Origin: Pirellulales bacterium | Lineage (GTDB): Bacteria; Planctomycetota; Planctomycetia; Pirellulales; JAICIG01 | DNA length: 61,187 nucleotides | Direction of reading: 5' to 3' | Assembly (NCBI GenBank): GCA_040901675.1 | Contig: JBBDYJ010000006.1 | Coordinates: 1-61,187 of the forward strand | Notes under the pieces: generated by a model | Told to the model about the DNA's origin: nothing | What the model saw: only the letters and a program-made list of their open reading frames with translations | Databases searched by the model: none | Program-made: the position numbers and the translations under genes | Shown: positions 35,962 through 44,932 of the stretch, piece after piece | Layout of the letters: every line of letters begins with the position of its first letter | Position numbering within the stretch: the stretch's first letter is position 1

Positions 35962-38250
35962 GTGCCGCATCACAAGCAGCATCAACTCTTCGACTTGCAG
36001 CCGCCGGCCTGGGAAATTGACGACGCCCAGCAAGCGTGGATTGCCTCGGTGGTCATTCCCAGCGGTCCGGCGGGCGAATTCGACTACCTGGTGCCCGAAG
36101 AGCTGCGTTCGCAACTGGCGGTCGGGTGCCGGGTTCGGGTTCCGCTGGGACGTGGCGACCGGCAGGTCCTGGGGTACTGCGTCCGGCTCGAATACCGCCT
36201 GGCGGGCGCTCGGCGGCTCAAGCCGTTGCGGCAGGTCGTCGACGTGCAGACGCTGCTGAGCCCATCGATGCTGCGGCTGACCCACTGGATATCGGAGCGG
36301 TACCTGTGCCCGCTGGCCCAAGTGCTGGAAGCGGTGCTCCCGGCGGGCGTGCGAGAGCAATCGGGCACCAGGTCGGTCACGCTGCTGTCGGTCCCGGCGG
36401 AGGCGGCCTCGCGGCTGGCGGAGATCAAGCTTCCCGCGAAACAGGCCCGGGCGCTGGCGCTGCTGGCTGCCAGCCCGTCGCCCTTAACTGCCGCCCAGCT
36501 TGCCAAGGCCGCCGGCTGCACCCAGGCCCCGATCACGGCGCTGCGCCGGCGGGGGTTAGTCGAGGCGGCGGCGCAACGGGTGTCCCGGCCGATCGAGGTC
36601 ATGGCCGATGGCGTGCTGGAAGCGAACCTGGTGCTGAATGCCGACCAGCAGCGGGCGCTGGATGCGATCCTGGGCGCGCTGCGCGGCCGGCGGCACGAGA
36701 CGGTCCTGTTGCACGGCATCACGGGCAGCGGCAAGACGGAAGTCTATATCCGGGCGATCCAGGAGGTGGTGAGCTATGGCCGCCAGGCGATCGTGCTGGT
36801 GCCGGAGATCAGCCTGACTCCCCAGGCGCAAGAGCGGTTTCGGGCCCGATTCGGCCGCGTCGCCGTGCTGCACAGCCACTTGAGCGATGCGCAGCGGCAC
36901 GCGGAGTGGCAGCGGATTGCGCGGGGCGAGGCGCCCGTGGTGGTAGGCGCCCGCAGCGCGGTATTCGCGCCGGTGCCTCACCTGGGGCTGCTGGTGCTCG
37001 ACGAAGAGCACGAATCGTCGTTCAAGCAGGATACGGCCCCCAGGTACCATGCGCGGGACGTGGCCATCCAGCGCGCCAGCGCCGAAGGGGTGCCACTGGT
37101 GCTCGGTTCGGCGACCCCCTCGCTGGAAAGCTGGCACCGCGGCCAGACCGGCAAGTACCGCCTGATATCGATGCCGCGCCGCGTGTTCGACCGCCCCTTG
37201 CCGTCGGTGATTGCGGTCGACTTGCGCAACGAAGGCCGCGAGCGGATCTTCAGCGGCGCTGTCAGCCGGCCGCTGCAGGCCGCCATGAACGAGGCGCTGT
37301 CGGCTGGCGGGCAGGTGATCCTGCTCTTGAATCGGCGGGGATTCAGCACGCACCTGCAATGTGGTGCGTGCGGCGGGACGGTGCGCTGCCCGCACTGCGA
37401 CATTGCGCTGACGCACCACCGGTCGGCCCAGATAGCGCTGTGCCATTACTGCAATCATTCGATGGCGGCGCCTACTCACTGCCCCGACTGTGGCGCGGAG
37501 GGGATTCGCTATGGGGGCTTGGGCACGCAACGGCTGGAGGCTGAGGTGCGGGCGCGGTTCGGCGACTATCCGTGCCTGCGGATGGACACCGACACGATGC
37601 AAGCTCCCGGCAGCCACGCGCGGGCGCTGGAGGCCTTCCGATCGGGCCAGGTCCGCATCCTGCTGGGGACGCAGATGATCGCCAAGGGACTCGATTATCC
37701 GAACGTGACGCTGGTGGGGGTGATCAACGCGGACACGGCGCTGCACCTGCCCGATTTTCGGGCGGCGGAACGCACGTTTCAGCTTCTGGTGCAGGTGGCC
37801 GGGCGGACCGGGCGCGGTCCCAAGGGAGGCCGCGTGCTCGTCCAGACGTTCAATCCGGATCACGCGGCGATCAGGTCGGCGCTCAAGCACGATTACCAGG
37901 AGTTCGCGTCGCGTGAGCTGCCGTCGCGGGAGAAGCTGGGTTACCCGCCGTTTGGGCGGATGGTTCGGCTGGTGATCCGCGGCCCGGTCCAGCCCGTGGT
38001 GCGGCAGTTCACCGAGCAGATTGCGGCACGGTTGGACGCGGCGCTGGCGGCGCTGGGCGTGGAGGCACGCCTGTTGGGTCCGGCGCCGGCCCCGATTGCC
38101 AAGCTGCGTGGCCGGTTTCGTTTTCAACTCCAGGTTCAGAGCGAGCGAGACGAGGAAGTGCGGCGAGCAGTTCGGGCGGTGACGGCGGAGTTGAAGCCGC
38201 CGAACGAGGTGCAGTGGATCGTGGACGTGGATCCGCTGGACATGCTGTGA
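35962..38250 (+). CDS. priA: Primosomal protein N' (replication restart helicase)
   Basis: GITGSGKTEVY, VPEISLTPQ, DEEHE, CxxC zinc cluster, GTQMIAKG and QVAGRTGR. Confidence 0.96.
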   Translation: MPHHKQHQLFDLQPPAWEIDDAQQAWIASVVIPSGPAGEFDYLVPEELRSQLAVGCRVRVPLGRGDRQVLGYCVRLEYRLAGARRLKPLRQVVDVQTLLSPSMLRLTHWISERYLCPLAQVLEAVLPAGVREQSGTRSVTLLSVPAEAASRLAEIKLPAKQARALALLAASPSPLTAAQLAKAAGCTQAPITALRRRGLVEAAAQRVSRPIEVMADGVLEANLVLNADQQRALDAILGALRGRRHETVLLHGITGSGKTEVYIRAIQEVVSYGRQAIVLVPEISLTPQAQERFRARFGRVAVLHSHLSDAQRHAEWQRIARGEAPVVVGARSAVFAPVPHLGLLVLDEEHESSFKQDTAPRYHARDVAIQRASAEGVPLVLGSATPSLESWHRGQTGKYRLISMPRRVFDRPLPSVIAVDLRNEGRERIFSGAVSRPLQAAMNEALSAGGQVILLLNRRGFSTHLQCGACGGTVRCPHCDIALTHHRSAQIALCHYCNHSMAAPTHCPDCGAEGIRYGGLGTQRLEAEVRARFGDYPCLRMDTDTMQAPGSHARALEAFRSGQVRILLGTQMIAKGLDYPNVTLVGVINADTALHLPDFRAAERTFQLLVQVAGRTGRGPKGGRVLVQTFNPDHAAIRSALKHDYQEFASRELPSREKLGYPPFGRMVRLVIRGPVQPVVRQFTEQIAARLDAALAALGVEARLLGPAPAPIAKLRGRFRFQLQVQSERDEEVRRAVRAVTAELKPPNEVQWIVDVDPLDML

Positions 38251-38256
38251 GGAAAG

Positions 38257-38333
38257 TGGTCATTGGTCAATGGTCATTAGTCATTGGTCATTGGTCGCTT
38301 GACAAATGACAAATGACAAATGACAAATGACAA
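38257..38333. repeat. Inverted heptamer arrays (GTCATTG)x5 / (AAATGAC)x4 forming a long imperfect hairpin
   Basis: Read directly downstream of the priA stop. Confidence 0.9.
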
Positions 38334-38411
38334 CTGGGTTTTGCTCTTGGCCCTTGCGGCGCAGGGACTTAGAATACGTGAGAAGGCAACTCCCGACGGT
38401 CTCGAAGCGTC

Positions 38412-40160
38412 ATGTCGTATCGGTCTCTGAAACACGTCCTGGGCGAGACGAGCCTGGAGCGCAAGTGCCGGTTTTTGTTCGGCATTTGCCTGTTGACGTT
38501 GATCACCGGCAGCTTCTGGCTGTACGGGTCGATGACCGACAAACTGGTCGAGCGCCAGAACCCCTCCAAGGGGCGGTTGCTGGTCGACACGTCGATGGTG
38601 CTGACCCACTGGGAGAAAACCGACGTAACGGACTCGAGCAAGGCAGAAGATTGGCTGCCTTACATCGACCAGTTGCGGCGGAGCCTTTATAGCGACGACT
38701 ACCAGTGGAATTTCATCCGGGCGGACAGCGACGATGCGAGCAAGGGCCCTTCCGGCGCTCTGGAGCGTCAATTGGTCGAGGAATTCCGCGAGCCGCTGAA
38801 GGATCCGGCCCAGGAAGAGAATCCCAGGCGGCGGAATGGATCGCACGGCGAATTCACCGACGGGCGCGACCGCTATCTGTACTACCAGCCGATCTATATC
38901 GAGGGGTCGGACTGCGCAAACTGCCACACGCTGATGACCGGCAAAATCGCCGACGGGGAACTGTTTGCGATCGCCAAGATATCGATGCCCAACGAGCTGA
39001 CCAGGAAGGACCAGAATCGGAACCGGGCGCTCTTGTTGACGGCGGCGATCATCACGGTTTTTGCCGCGATGATCGTGGCCTACGTGATCGTGCGTTACGT
39101 GATCGTCAAGCCGCTGCAGCACCTGCGCGACGTGAGCGACGCCGTCAGCCACGGCAGCCTGGAACAGCGGGCCGAGATCCACACGGCCGACGAGTTCGAG
39201 GAGCTGGGCGTGGCGTTCAACCGCATGCTGGGGCACCTGATCACGGCGCAGGAGGAATTGCGGCGCGTGAACAGCAGCCTGGACTTGAAGGTGGACGAGC
39301 TGGCGCAGGCCAACATGCGGTTGTTCGAGCTGAACCGGCTGAAGAGCGATTTTTTGGCCACGATGAGCCATGAGCTGCGGACGCCCTTGAACAGCATCAT
39401 CGGATTCAGCGAGGTGCTGACTTCGATCAAGTCGCTGGACGAGAAGCAGCGGCGCTACGTGCTGAACATCCAGAAGTCGGGCAAGATGCTGCTGGACATG
39501 ATCAACGACATCCTGGACCTGGCCAAGATCGAAAGCGGCAAGATGGAGCTGCGGCCGACCGAGTTCAGGATCGAACACGTCATCGCGGCGCAGTGCGACA
39601 TGGCGCGGCCGCTGGCCGAAAGGAAGAACATCGACATCGAGACCGAGGTGGAAAGCCGGCTGCCGGAGCTGTTCCAGGACCAGGGCAAGGTCCAGCAGAT
39701 CCTGAACAACCTGCTGTCCAACGCCATCAAGTTCACGCCGGAAGGTGGGCGGGTGATGATTTCCGCGCGCCGCGGCCCCGGCAGCGACCTGCTGCTGACG
39801 GTGGCCGATACGGGTGTGGGCATCGCCGAGCCGGACCAGACGCAGATCTTTGAAAAGTTCCGGCAGGGAAACACCGTGATGCCCAGCGGAGACGCCATGA
39901 CCCGAGAGTACTCGGGCACGGGCCTGGGCCTGTCGATCGTCAAGGAACTGTGCAAGCTGCTGGGCGGCGAGATCAGCCTGGCGAGCGAGCTGGGCAAAGG
40001 GAGCGTGTTCACCGCCCGCTTGCCGTGGACACTACCCTTCCAACCGAGGACGGAGGAATTGCTCTCCGACTCGTCGGTCGACCTGGTCAGGCCGCCGGCG
40101 GACAAACTGGCGATGCCGTTCGACCCCGCCGTGTCGGCGGCGCCCTCGGTGGAATCGTAA
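38412..40160 (+). CDS. Membrane sensor histidine kinase with HAMP domain and periplasmic CxxCH motif
   Basis: Two TM helices, YYQPI..CANCH, HAMP, MSHELRTPLN, NLLSNAIKFT, DTGVGI and GTGLGL. Confidence 0.92.
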   Translation: MSYRSLKHVLGETSLERKCRFLFGICLLTLITGSFWLYGSMTDKLVERQNPSKGRLLVDTSMVLTHWEKTDVTDSSKAEDWLPYIDQLRRSLYSDDYQWNFIRADSDDASKGPSGALERQLVEEFREPLKDPAQEENPRRRNGSHGEFTDGRDRYLYYQPIYIEGSDCANCHTLMTGKIADGELFAIAKISMPNELTRKDQNRNRALLLTAAIITVFAAMIVAYVIVRYVIVKPLQHLRDVSDAVSHGSLEQRAEIHTADEFEELGVAFNRMLGHLITAQEELRRVNSSLDLKVDELAQANMRLFELNRLKSDFLATMSHELRTPLNSIIGFSEVLTSIKSLDEKQRRYVLNIQKSGKMLLDMINDILDLAKIESGKMELRPTEFRIEHVIAAQCDMARPLAERKNIDIETEVESRLPELFQDQGKVQQILNNLLSNAIKFTPEGGRVMISARRGPGSDLLLTVADTGVGIAEPDQTQIFEKFRQGNTVMPSGDAMTREYSGTGLGLSIVKELCKLLGGEISLASELGKGSVFTARLPWTLPFQPRTEELLSDSSVDLVRPPADKLAMPFDPAVSAAPSVES

Positions 40161-40204
40161 GCAGGCAATGGGGTTGCTAGCGGATCCAGGGGACGGAGCC
40201 CATT

Positions 40205-40693
40205 GTGAAGCGAGCAGTCGAGAGCCGCGGCCGGGAGTTGCCCGCAGTCCAGTTATTCACCGACGGCGCGTGCAGCGGCAACCCCGGTCCCGGCGGCTGG
40301 GCCTTCATCTTGCGGCATCCGTCCACGGGCAAGGAGCTGGAAGCTTCGGGGGGCGAGCGGCTGACGACCAACAATCGCATGGAGCTGACGGCCGTGGTCC
40401 GCGGCCTGGAGGCGCTGAAGCGCCCGTCGGCCGTGGAGCTGTTGACTGACAGCGTCTACGTGGGCAAGGGGCTGAGCGAATGGATGCCCAAATGGAAGGC
40501 GAACGGCTGGCGGCGCGGGCCGCGAGATCGGCAGTCGGAGGTGAAGAACGTCGACCTTTGGCAACGGCTGGACGAGCTGGTGGCGGTGCATCGACTGAAG
40601 TACACGCGAGTGGCGGGCCATAGCGGCCACGCCGAAAACGATCGCTGCGACGCGCTGGCAGTCGCCGCCTACCAGCAGTATCTTAAGCGCTGA
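40205..40693 (+). CDS. rnhA: Ribonuclease HI
   Basis: FTDGACSGNPGPGGW, TTNNRMEL, TDS.YV, NVDLW and GHSGHAENDRCD. Confidence 0.96.
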   Translation: MKRAVESRGRELPAVQLFTDGACSGNPGPGGWAFILRHPSTGKELEASGGERLTTNNRMELTAVVRGLEALKRPSAVELLTDSVYVGKGLSEWMPKWKANGWRRGPRDRQSEVKNVDLWQRLDELVAVHRLKYTRVAGHSGHAENDRCDALAVAAYQQYLKR

Positions 40694-40697
40694 TGTT

Positions 40698-40719
40698 AAC
40701 GGAATGAATTCCGTTCTAC
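40698..40719 (-). repeat. REP-like family B single copy between rnhA and recG
   Basis: AACGGAATGAATTCCGTTCTAC. Confidence 0.85.
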
Positions 40720-40729
40720 TGAGGGCGCC

Positions 40730-42817
40730 ATGACTTCGCCGGCCAAGACCTCCGTGGAACTGCTGGCCACGCCGGTGCAATACATCAAGGGGGTGGGCCC
40801 TCAACGGGCCGAGCTGCTGGCCCGGCTGGGCCTGGCCACCGCGCGGGACCTGCTGTTCTTTTTCCCCCGCGACTACCAGGACCTGTCGGACGTGCGGGAC
40901 TGCGGCCAACTGGAGGATGGATCGCTGGTGCGGCTGCGCGGAAGTGTGCTGGAGATCGATCAGCACGCCACCGGCCCGGGCAAGACGGTGCTCGGCGTGC
41001 TGTTGGGATGCGGGGCGGGGCGGGTGCGGTTGCTCTGGTTCAATCAGCCTTACCTGCTCCAGCGCTTTCAGATCGGGCAGGAGCTGCTGGTCACGGGCAA
41101 AACCAGGCTGAACGGGTGCATGTGGGAGATCGCGCACCCCCAGGTCCAGTGGCTGGAGACCGAGGAGCACGAGACGGCGCTGTTGGTGCCGGTGTACCCG
41201 TTGACCGAAGGGCTGAGCCAGGGGCAGATCCGCCGCATCGTGCGGGCGGTCGTCGAGTCGTACGCGGGAGTGCTGGACGAAGTGTTTCCCGAGGAGTACC
41301 TGGCGTCGCACGACCTGTGGACGCTGGGCGAGGCCCTGCCGCAGATTCACTTTCCAGCCGACCGGGCGAGCCTGGCCAGGGCGCGCCGCAGGCTGGTCTA
41401 CCAGGAGCTGCTGGTGCTGCAGCTTGCGCTGGCCGTCAGGCATCACGCGCAGCGCACGCTGCGCCGCGCGCCGCCCCTGGAGGCCACGGCACGGATCGAC
41501 GCCCGCATCCGCAGGCTGTTTCCGTTCGAGCTGACGCCCGGCCAGCGGCAAGCAATCGAAGAAGTCGCCGCGGACATGGCCCAGCCGCATCCGATGAACC
41601 GCTTGCTCCAAGGCGACGTGGGCAGCGGCAAGACGGCTGTCGCCGTCTACGCCATGCTGCTGGCCGTGGCCCACGGCCACCAGGCCGTGCTGATGGCCCC
41701 CACCGAAGTGCTGGCCCGGCAGCACGCGCTGACGCTGGAAGGAATCCTGACGTCGAGCAAAGTGCGGTGGGCCGTGCTCAGCGGCGCGCTGACGCGGTCG
41801 CAGCGGCGCGACGTGCTGGCCAGGGCGGCGGCGGGCGAGCTCGACGTGGTGCTGGGCACGCAAGCGGTGATCCAGGCGGAAGTCGAGTTTGCCCGGCTGG
41901 GGCTGGTGGTGATCGACGAGCAGCACAAGTTTGGCGTGCGGCAACGCGCCACGTTGAAGCAGGCGGGCCTGGACCCGCACTACCTGGTCATGACAGCCAC
42001 GCCCATCCCGCGCACGGTGACGATGACGTTGTTCGGCGACCTGGACATATCGGTGCTCCGCGATAGTCCGCCGGGCCGCCAGGCGGTCAACACCTATTGG
42101 GCGCAGCCGGAGCAGCGCGAGAAATGGTGGGAGTTTTTTCGGGGCAAGCTGCGCGAAGGGCGGCAGGGTTATGTGATCACGCCGCTGGTGGACGGCCCCG
42201 AGGAGATGCAGGAGGCGAGCCTCGAGCAAGCCTTCGAATCGCTGGTCAACGGACCTTTGGAAGCCTTCCGGCTGGATCTGATCCATGGCCGCATGACGGC
42301 GGCGGCCAAGGAAGGGGCCATGGCGGCGTTCCGGCGGGGCGATACCCAGGTGCTGGTCGCGACGACAGTGGTCGAGGTGGGCGTGGACGTGCCCAATGCC
42401 ACGTTGATGACGATCGAGGCCGGTGAGCGGTTCGGATTGTCTCAACTGCACCAGTTGCGGGGCCGCGTGGGGCGCGGCAATCGGCCCGGTTTCTGCTGCG
42501 TGTTTGCCGAGCCGGCCGGCGACGACGGGCGGCGCCGGCTGGAAGCCTTCGTGTCGATCAGCGACGGGTTCCGCCTGGCGGAGATCGACTTCGAGATTCG
42601 CGGCCCCGGCGACTTACTGGGCACGCGGCAGCACGGGCTGCCGCCGCTGCGGATTGCGGACCTTGCTCGTGATGGCGACGTGCTGGCCGAGGCCCGCACG
42701 GATGCTCAACGGCTGGCGGCGGAAGACCCAGGCCTGTGCCGGGCGGAGCACGAGCGGCTCAAGCGGATGGTGCTGGCCCGCTATGGCCGCGTCCTGGAGC
42801 TGGGCGACGTGGGGTGA
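40730..42817 (+). CDS. recG: ATP-dependent DNA helicase RecG
   Basis: RLLQGDVGSGKT, DEQHKFGV, MTATPIPRT, QLHQLRGRVGRG and RGPGD..G.RQHG. Confidence 0.96.
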   Translation: MTSPAKTSVELLATPVQYIKGVGPQRAELLARLGLATARDLLFFFPRDYQDLSDVRDCGQLEDGSLVRLRGSVLEIDQHATGPGKTVLGVLLGCGAGRVRLLWFNQPYLLQRFQIGQELLVTGKTRLNGCMWEIAHPQVQWLETEEHETALLVPVYPLTEGLSQGQIRRIVRAVVESYAGVLDEVFPEEYLASHDLWTLGEALPQIHFPADRASLARARRRLVYQELLVLQLALAVRHHAQRTLRRAPPLEATARIDARIRRLFPFELTPGQRQAIEEVAADMAQPHPMNRLLQGDVGSGKTAVAVYAMLLAVAHGHQAVLMAPTEVLARQHALTLEGILTSSKVRWAVLSGALTRSQRRDVLARAAAGELDVVLGTQAVIQAEVEFARLGLVVIDEQHKFGVRQRATLKQAGLDPHYLVMTATPIPRTVTMTLFGDLDISVLRDSPPGRQAVNTYWAQPEQREKWWEFFRGKLREGRQGYVITPLVDGPEEMQEASLEQAFESLVNGPLEAFRLDLIHGRMTAAAKEGAMAAFRRGDTQVLVATTVVEVGVDVPNATLMTIEAGERFGLSQLHQLRGRVGRGNRPGFCCVFAEPAGDDGRRRLEAFVSISDGFRLAEIDFEIRGPGDLLGTRQHGLPPLRIADLARDGDVLAEARTDAQRLAAEDPGLCRAEHERLKRMVLARYGRVLELGDVG

Positions 42818-43013
42818 GGTGGGAAGGAGGAAGGTGGAAGGAGGAAGGAGGGGGAAAGACGACAAGGCGACAAGGGGATCCTCCTGCGGCGGACCTTCGG
42901 CAGGCGAGCAGGGGAACGCGGGGGGAACGGACGAAGACTGGGGCACGCTACCGCTTTGCCACCAGGCACCCCGGGGGAAGGCAGAGGGAGGAAACGGGAT
43001 GGATTGCGTCCGG

Positions 43014-44000
43014 CTATAGTTCCTCGGCGGGCGGGGGGAGCTCTTTGAGGAAGGCAAACAGGTGGTCGCCGGCGTCGAGGGCCAGGTCGCGGGATCGGAT
43101 GAAGAAGTTGCGGGCGCGGTCGGCTTGGCCGTCGAAGTACAACTGGACGCCGAGCAGGAACATGAGGTCGGCGTTGTCCGGCTTCTGGGTGGCGGCCCGG
43201 GCCAGAGCCTCCAAGTGGGTCGTCTTGGCCAGTTGATTGGCGCCGTAGAGCTGGTCGAGCCGAAACGCCGTTCGGGGCCAGTCGGGCTTGAGGCTCAGCC
43301 CGCGTTTCAAGGCGCTGGCGGCCGAGTCGTAGCGGCCCATGGCCAACAAGGTCTGTCCTTGGCGGAACCATGGGTCGGCCAGATCGGGCGCGGCGGCGAC
43401 CGCCTTTTTGTAGCGCTGGTAGGCGTTTGCGAATTTCTGCTGCCGAAAGTGTTCGTCGCCGAAGGTGATGAACTGCCGCGATCGGGCGACCGCCTCGGCA
43501 TTCGAAGGCGGGCGCTTGGGGCGAGCGGGGTCCGGCGCGGCGGGGGCCAGAACGCCGAAGCCGCCGCCAGCGGCCTGGCCTGCTTGAATCGCGGGTGCGG
43601 GCGCGGGGGCAGCGGCGGGCGGTTGATCGACCCCCATGAAGCGGCGCAGGGCCTGCGGCCCGTACATGGTTTCGGCGGGCACCACGAGCGGCGGATAAAC
43701 GATGGGACCGCGGAAATAAGGGTCGTAATAGTAATCGTGATAGTAATACGGCGGCCAGAACCCTGGCGGATATCCGTAGCGCCCGTGCCCGGCGCCTATC
43801 CAACCGTGGCCCGCACCGTCGAAGTAGAAGAACGAGCCGGACGGCGCCGGATCGGGCCGCATATCGACATAGCCCGGTGAAAACGGGTTATGGACGTTGG
43901 CTTGCTCGGCACCGGGCGGCACGCGCTGGGCGTGGAGCGAGCCGGACGAGGCGGCCAGAGTGATCGCGGCGATCAGAGCGCTAATGCATCGGTGAACCAT
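43014..44000 (-). CDS. Secreted tetratricopeptide repeat protein
   Basis: Signal-like N-terminus, Tyr/Pro/Gly-rich segment and TPR-like helices; start approximate. Confidence 0.78.
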   Translation of the reverse strand: MVHRCISALIAAITLAASSGSLHAQRVPPGAEQANVHNPFSPGYVDMRPDPAPSGSFFYFDGAGHGWIGAGHGRYGYPPGFWPPYYYHDYYYDPYFRGPIVYPPLVVPAETMYGPQALRRFMGVDQPPAAAPAPAPAIQAGQAAGGGFGVLAPAAPDPARPKRPPSNAEAVARSRQFITFGDEHFRQQKFANAYQRYKKAVAAAPDLADPWFRQGQTLLAMGRYDSAASALKRGLSLKPDWPRTAFRLDQLYGANQLAKTTHLEALARAATQKPDNADLMFLLGVQLYFDGQADRARNFFIRSRDLALDAGDHLFAFLKELPPPAEEL

Positions 44001-44110
44001 GAGACCCTCCCGCCGGCCGCGCCCAGCCGCTGAGGCATTATTCACATCTTCAGCGAAAACGGCAAGCGGACTGCCGCGGAACTGAGCCGCTCGGCTACTC
44101 CACGCTGGTC

Positions 44111-44932
44111 CTACTCCATGCTGGCCTGGCCAAGTACTTTCCTCATGGCGGTCATGCCGACCTCCCCCAGTTGCCGCGGCGGGATTCTCCAGATTTGAGG
44201 GTTCATCAGCTCCAGCGAGACATATCCCTGGTAGTTGATGGCCCTCAAGGCGGACAGGATCGGTTCGAGATCGAAGTCGCCGTCGCCGGGAAGGATACGG
44301 TCGGCGTCGGCGGCCAGCTCGCGCGGCGTGCCTGCCAGGTCGCTCAACTGAACGTGGAACAAGTTCTCGCTGTTCAGGTATCGCAAGTCTTCGGGCTTGC
44401 TCGGTCCCAGGTAGTATTCAAACACGTCGAGACAGAGGCCCAAGTGAGGTGAGCCGACCTCGGCGGCCAGGGCGGCGGCGGTCTGGAGGTTGTTGGCGAA
44501 GGCCGCCGATGCCCGGAATTCGAGCGCGAGGCGGACGCCCGCTGCTTCGGCCCGCTGGGCGGCCTGGACCAACGACTCCTGGACCCGATCGAGGAGCTGT
44601 TGGCTCAGCGGGCCGGCAACGTCACAGGCAATCACCAGGGTGCCGACCCCCAATTCGCGGCAGAGCGCCAGCCGCCGGGCGAAGTGCTCCCAATGCTCGC
44701 GGCGGGCATCGGGGTGTTCGGTCATCAAGCCGCCCTGGTAGGCCGCCACGGGGGCAGCCATCCCCTTGGCTTCCAGCAGCCGCCGCACGTCGTCGGTCGA
44801 GTGGCCGTCGAGGAACGTCTCCAGCTTTCCCAACCAGATTTCGATTGCATGGCAGGCGCCCGCGGCATAGTCCTCGACGTCCTTGTCGAAAGGGGAGTGA
44901 AGCGTGCAGACCTGGCTGATGGCGGGTTTCAT
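44111..44932 (-). CDS. Sugar phosphate isomerase/epimerase (xylose isomerase-like TIM barrel)
   Basis: RLALEF, GLCLDVF, HVQLSD, RILPGDG and YQGYVSLE; ATG overlaps the glyQS stop (ATGA). Confidence 0.88.
   Translation of the reverse strand: MKPAISQVCTLHSPFDKDVEDYAAGACHAIEIWLGKLETFLDGHSTDDVRRLLEAKGMAAPVAAYQGGLMTEHPDARREHWEHFARRLALCRELGVGTLVIACDVAGPLSQQLLDRVQESLVQAAQRAEAAGVRLALEFRASAAFANNLQTAAALAAEVGSPHLGLCLDVFEYYLGPSKPEDLRYLNSENLFHVQLSDLAGTPRELAADADRILPGDGDFDLEPILSALRAINYQGYVSLELMNPQIWRIPPRQLGEVGMTAMRKVLGQASME

Noticed and set aside
44085..44114. Another GTAG-repeat stop codon (epimerase gene)
   Set aside because: The stop reads G-TAG but no recognisable repeat hairpin follows, so it was not counted.
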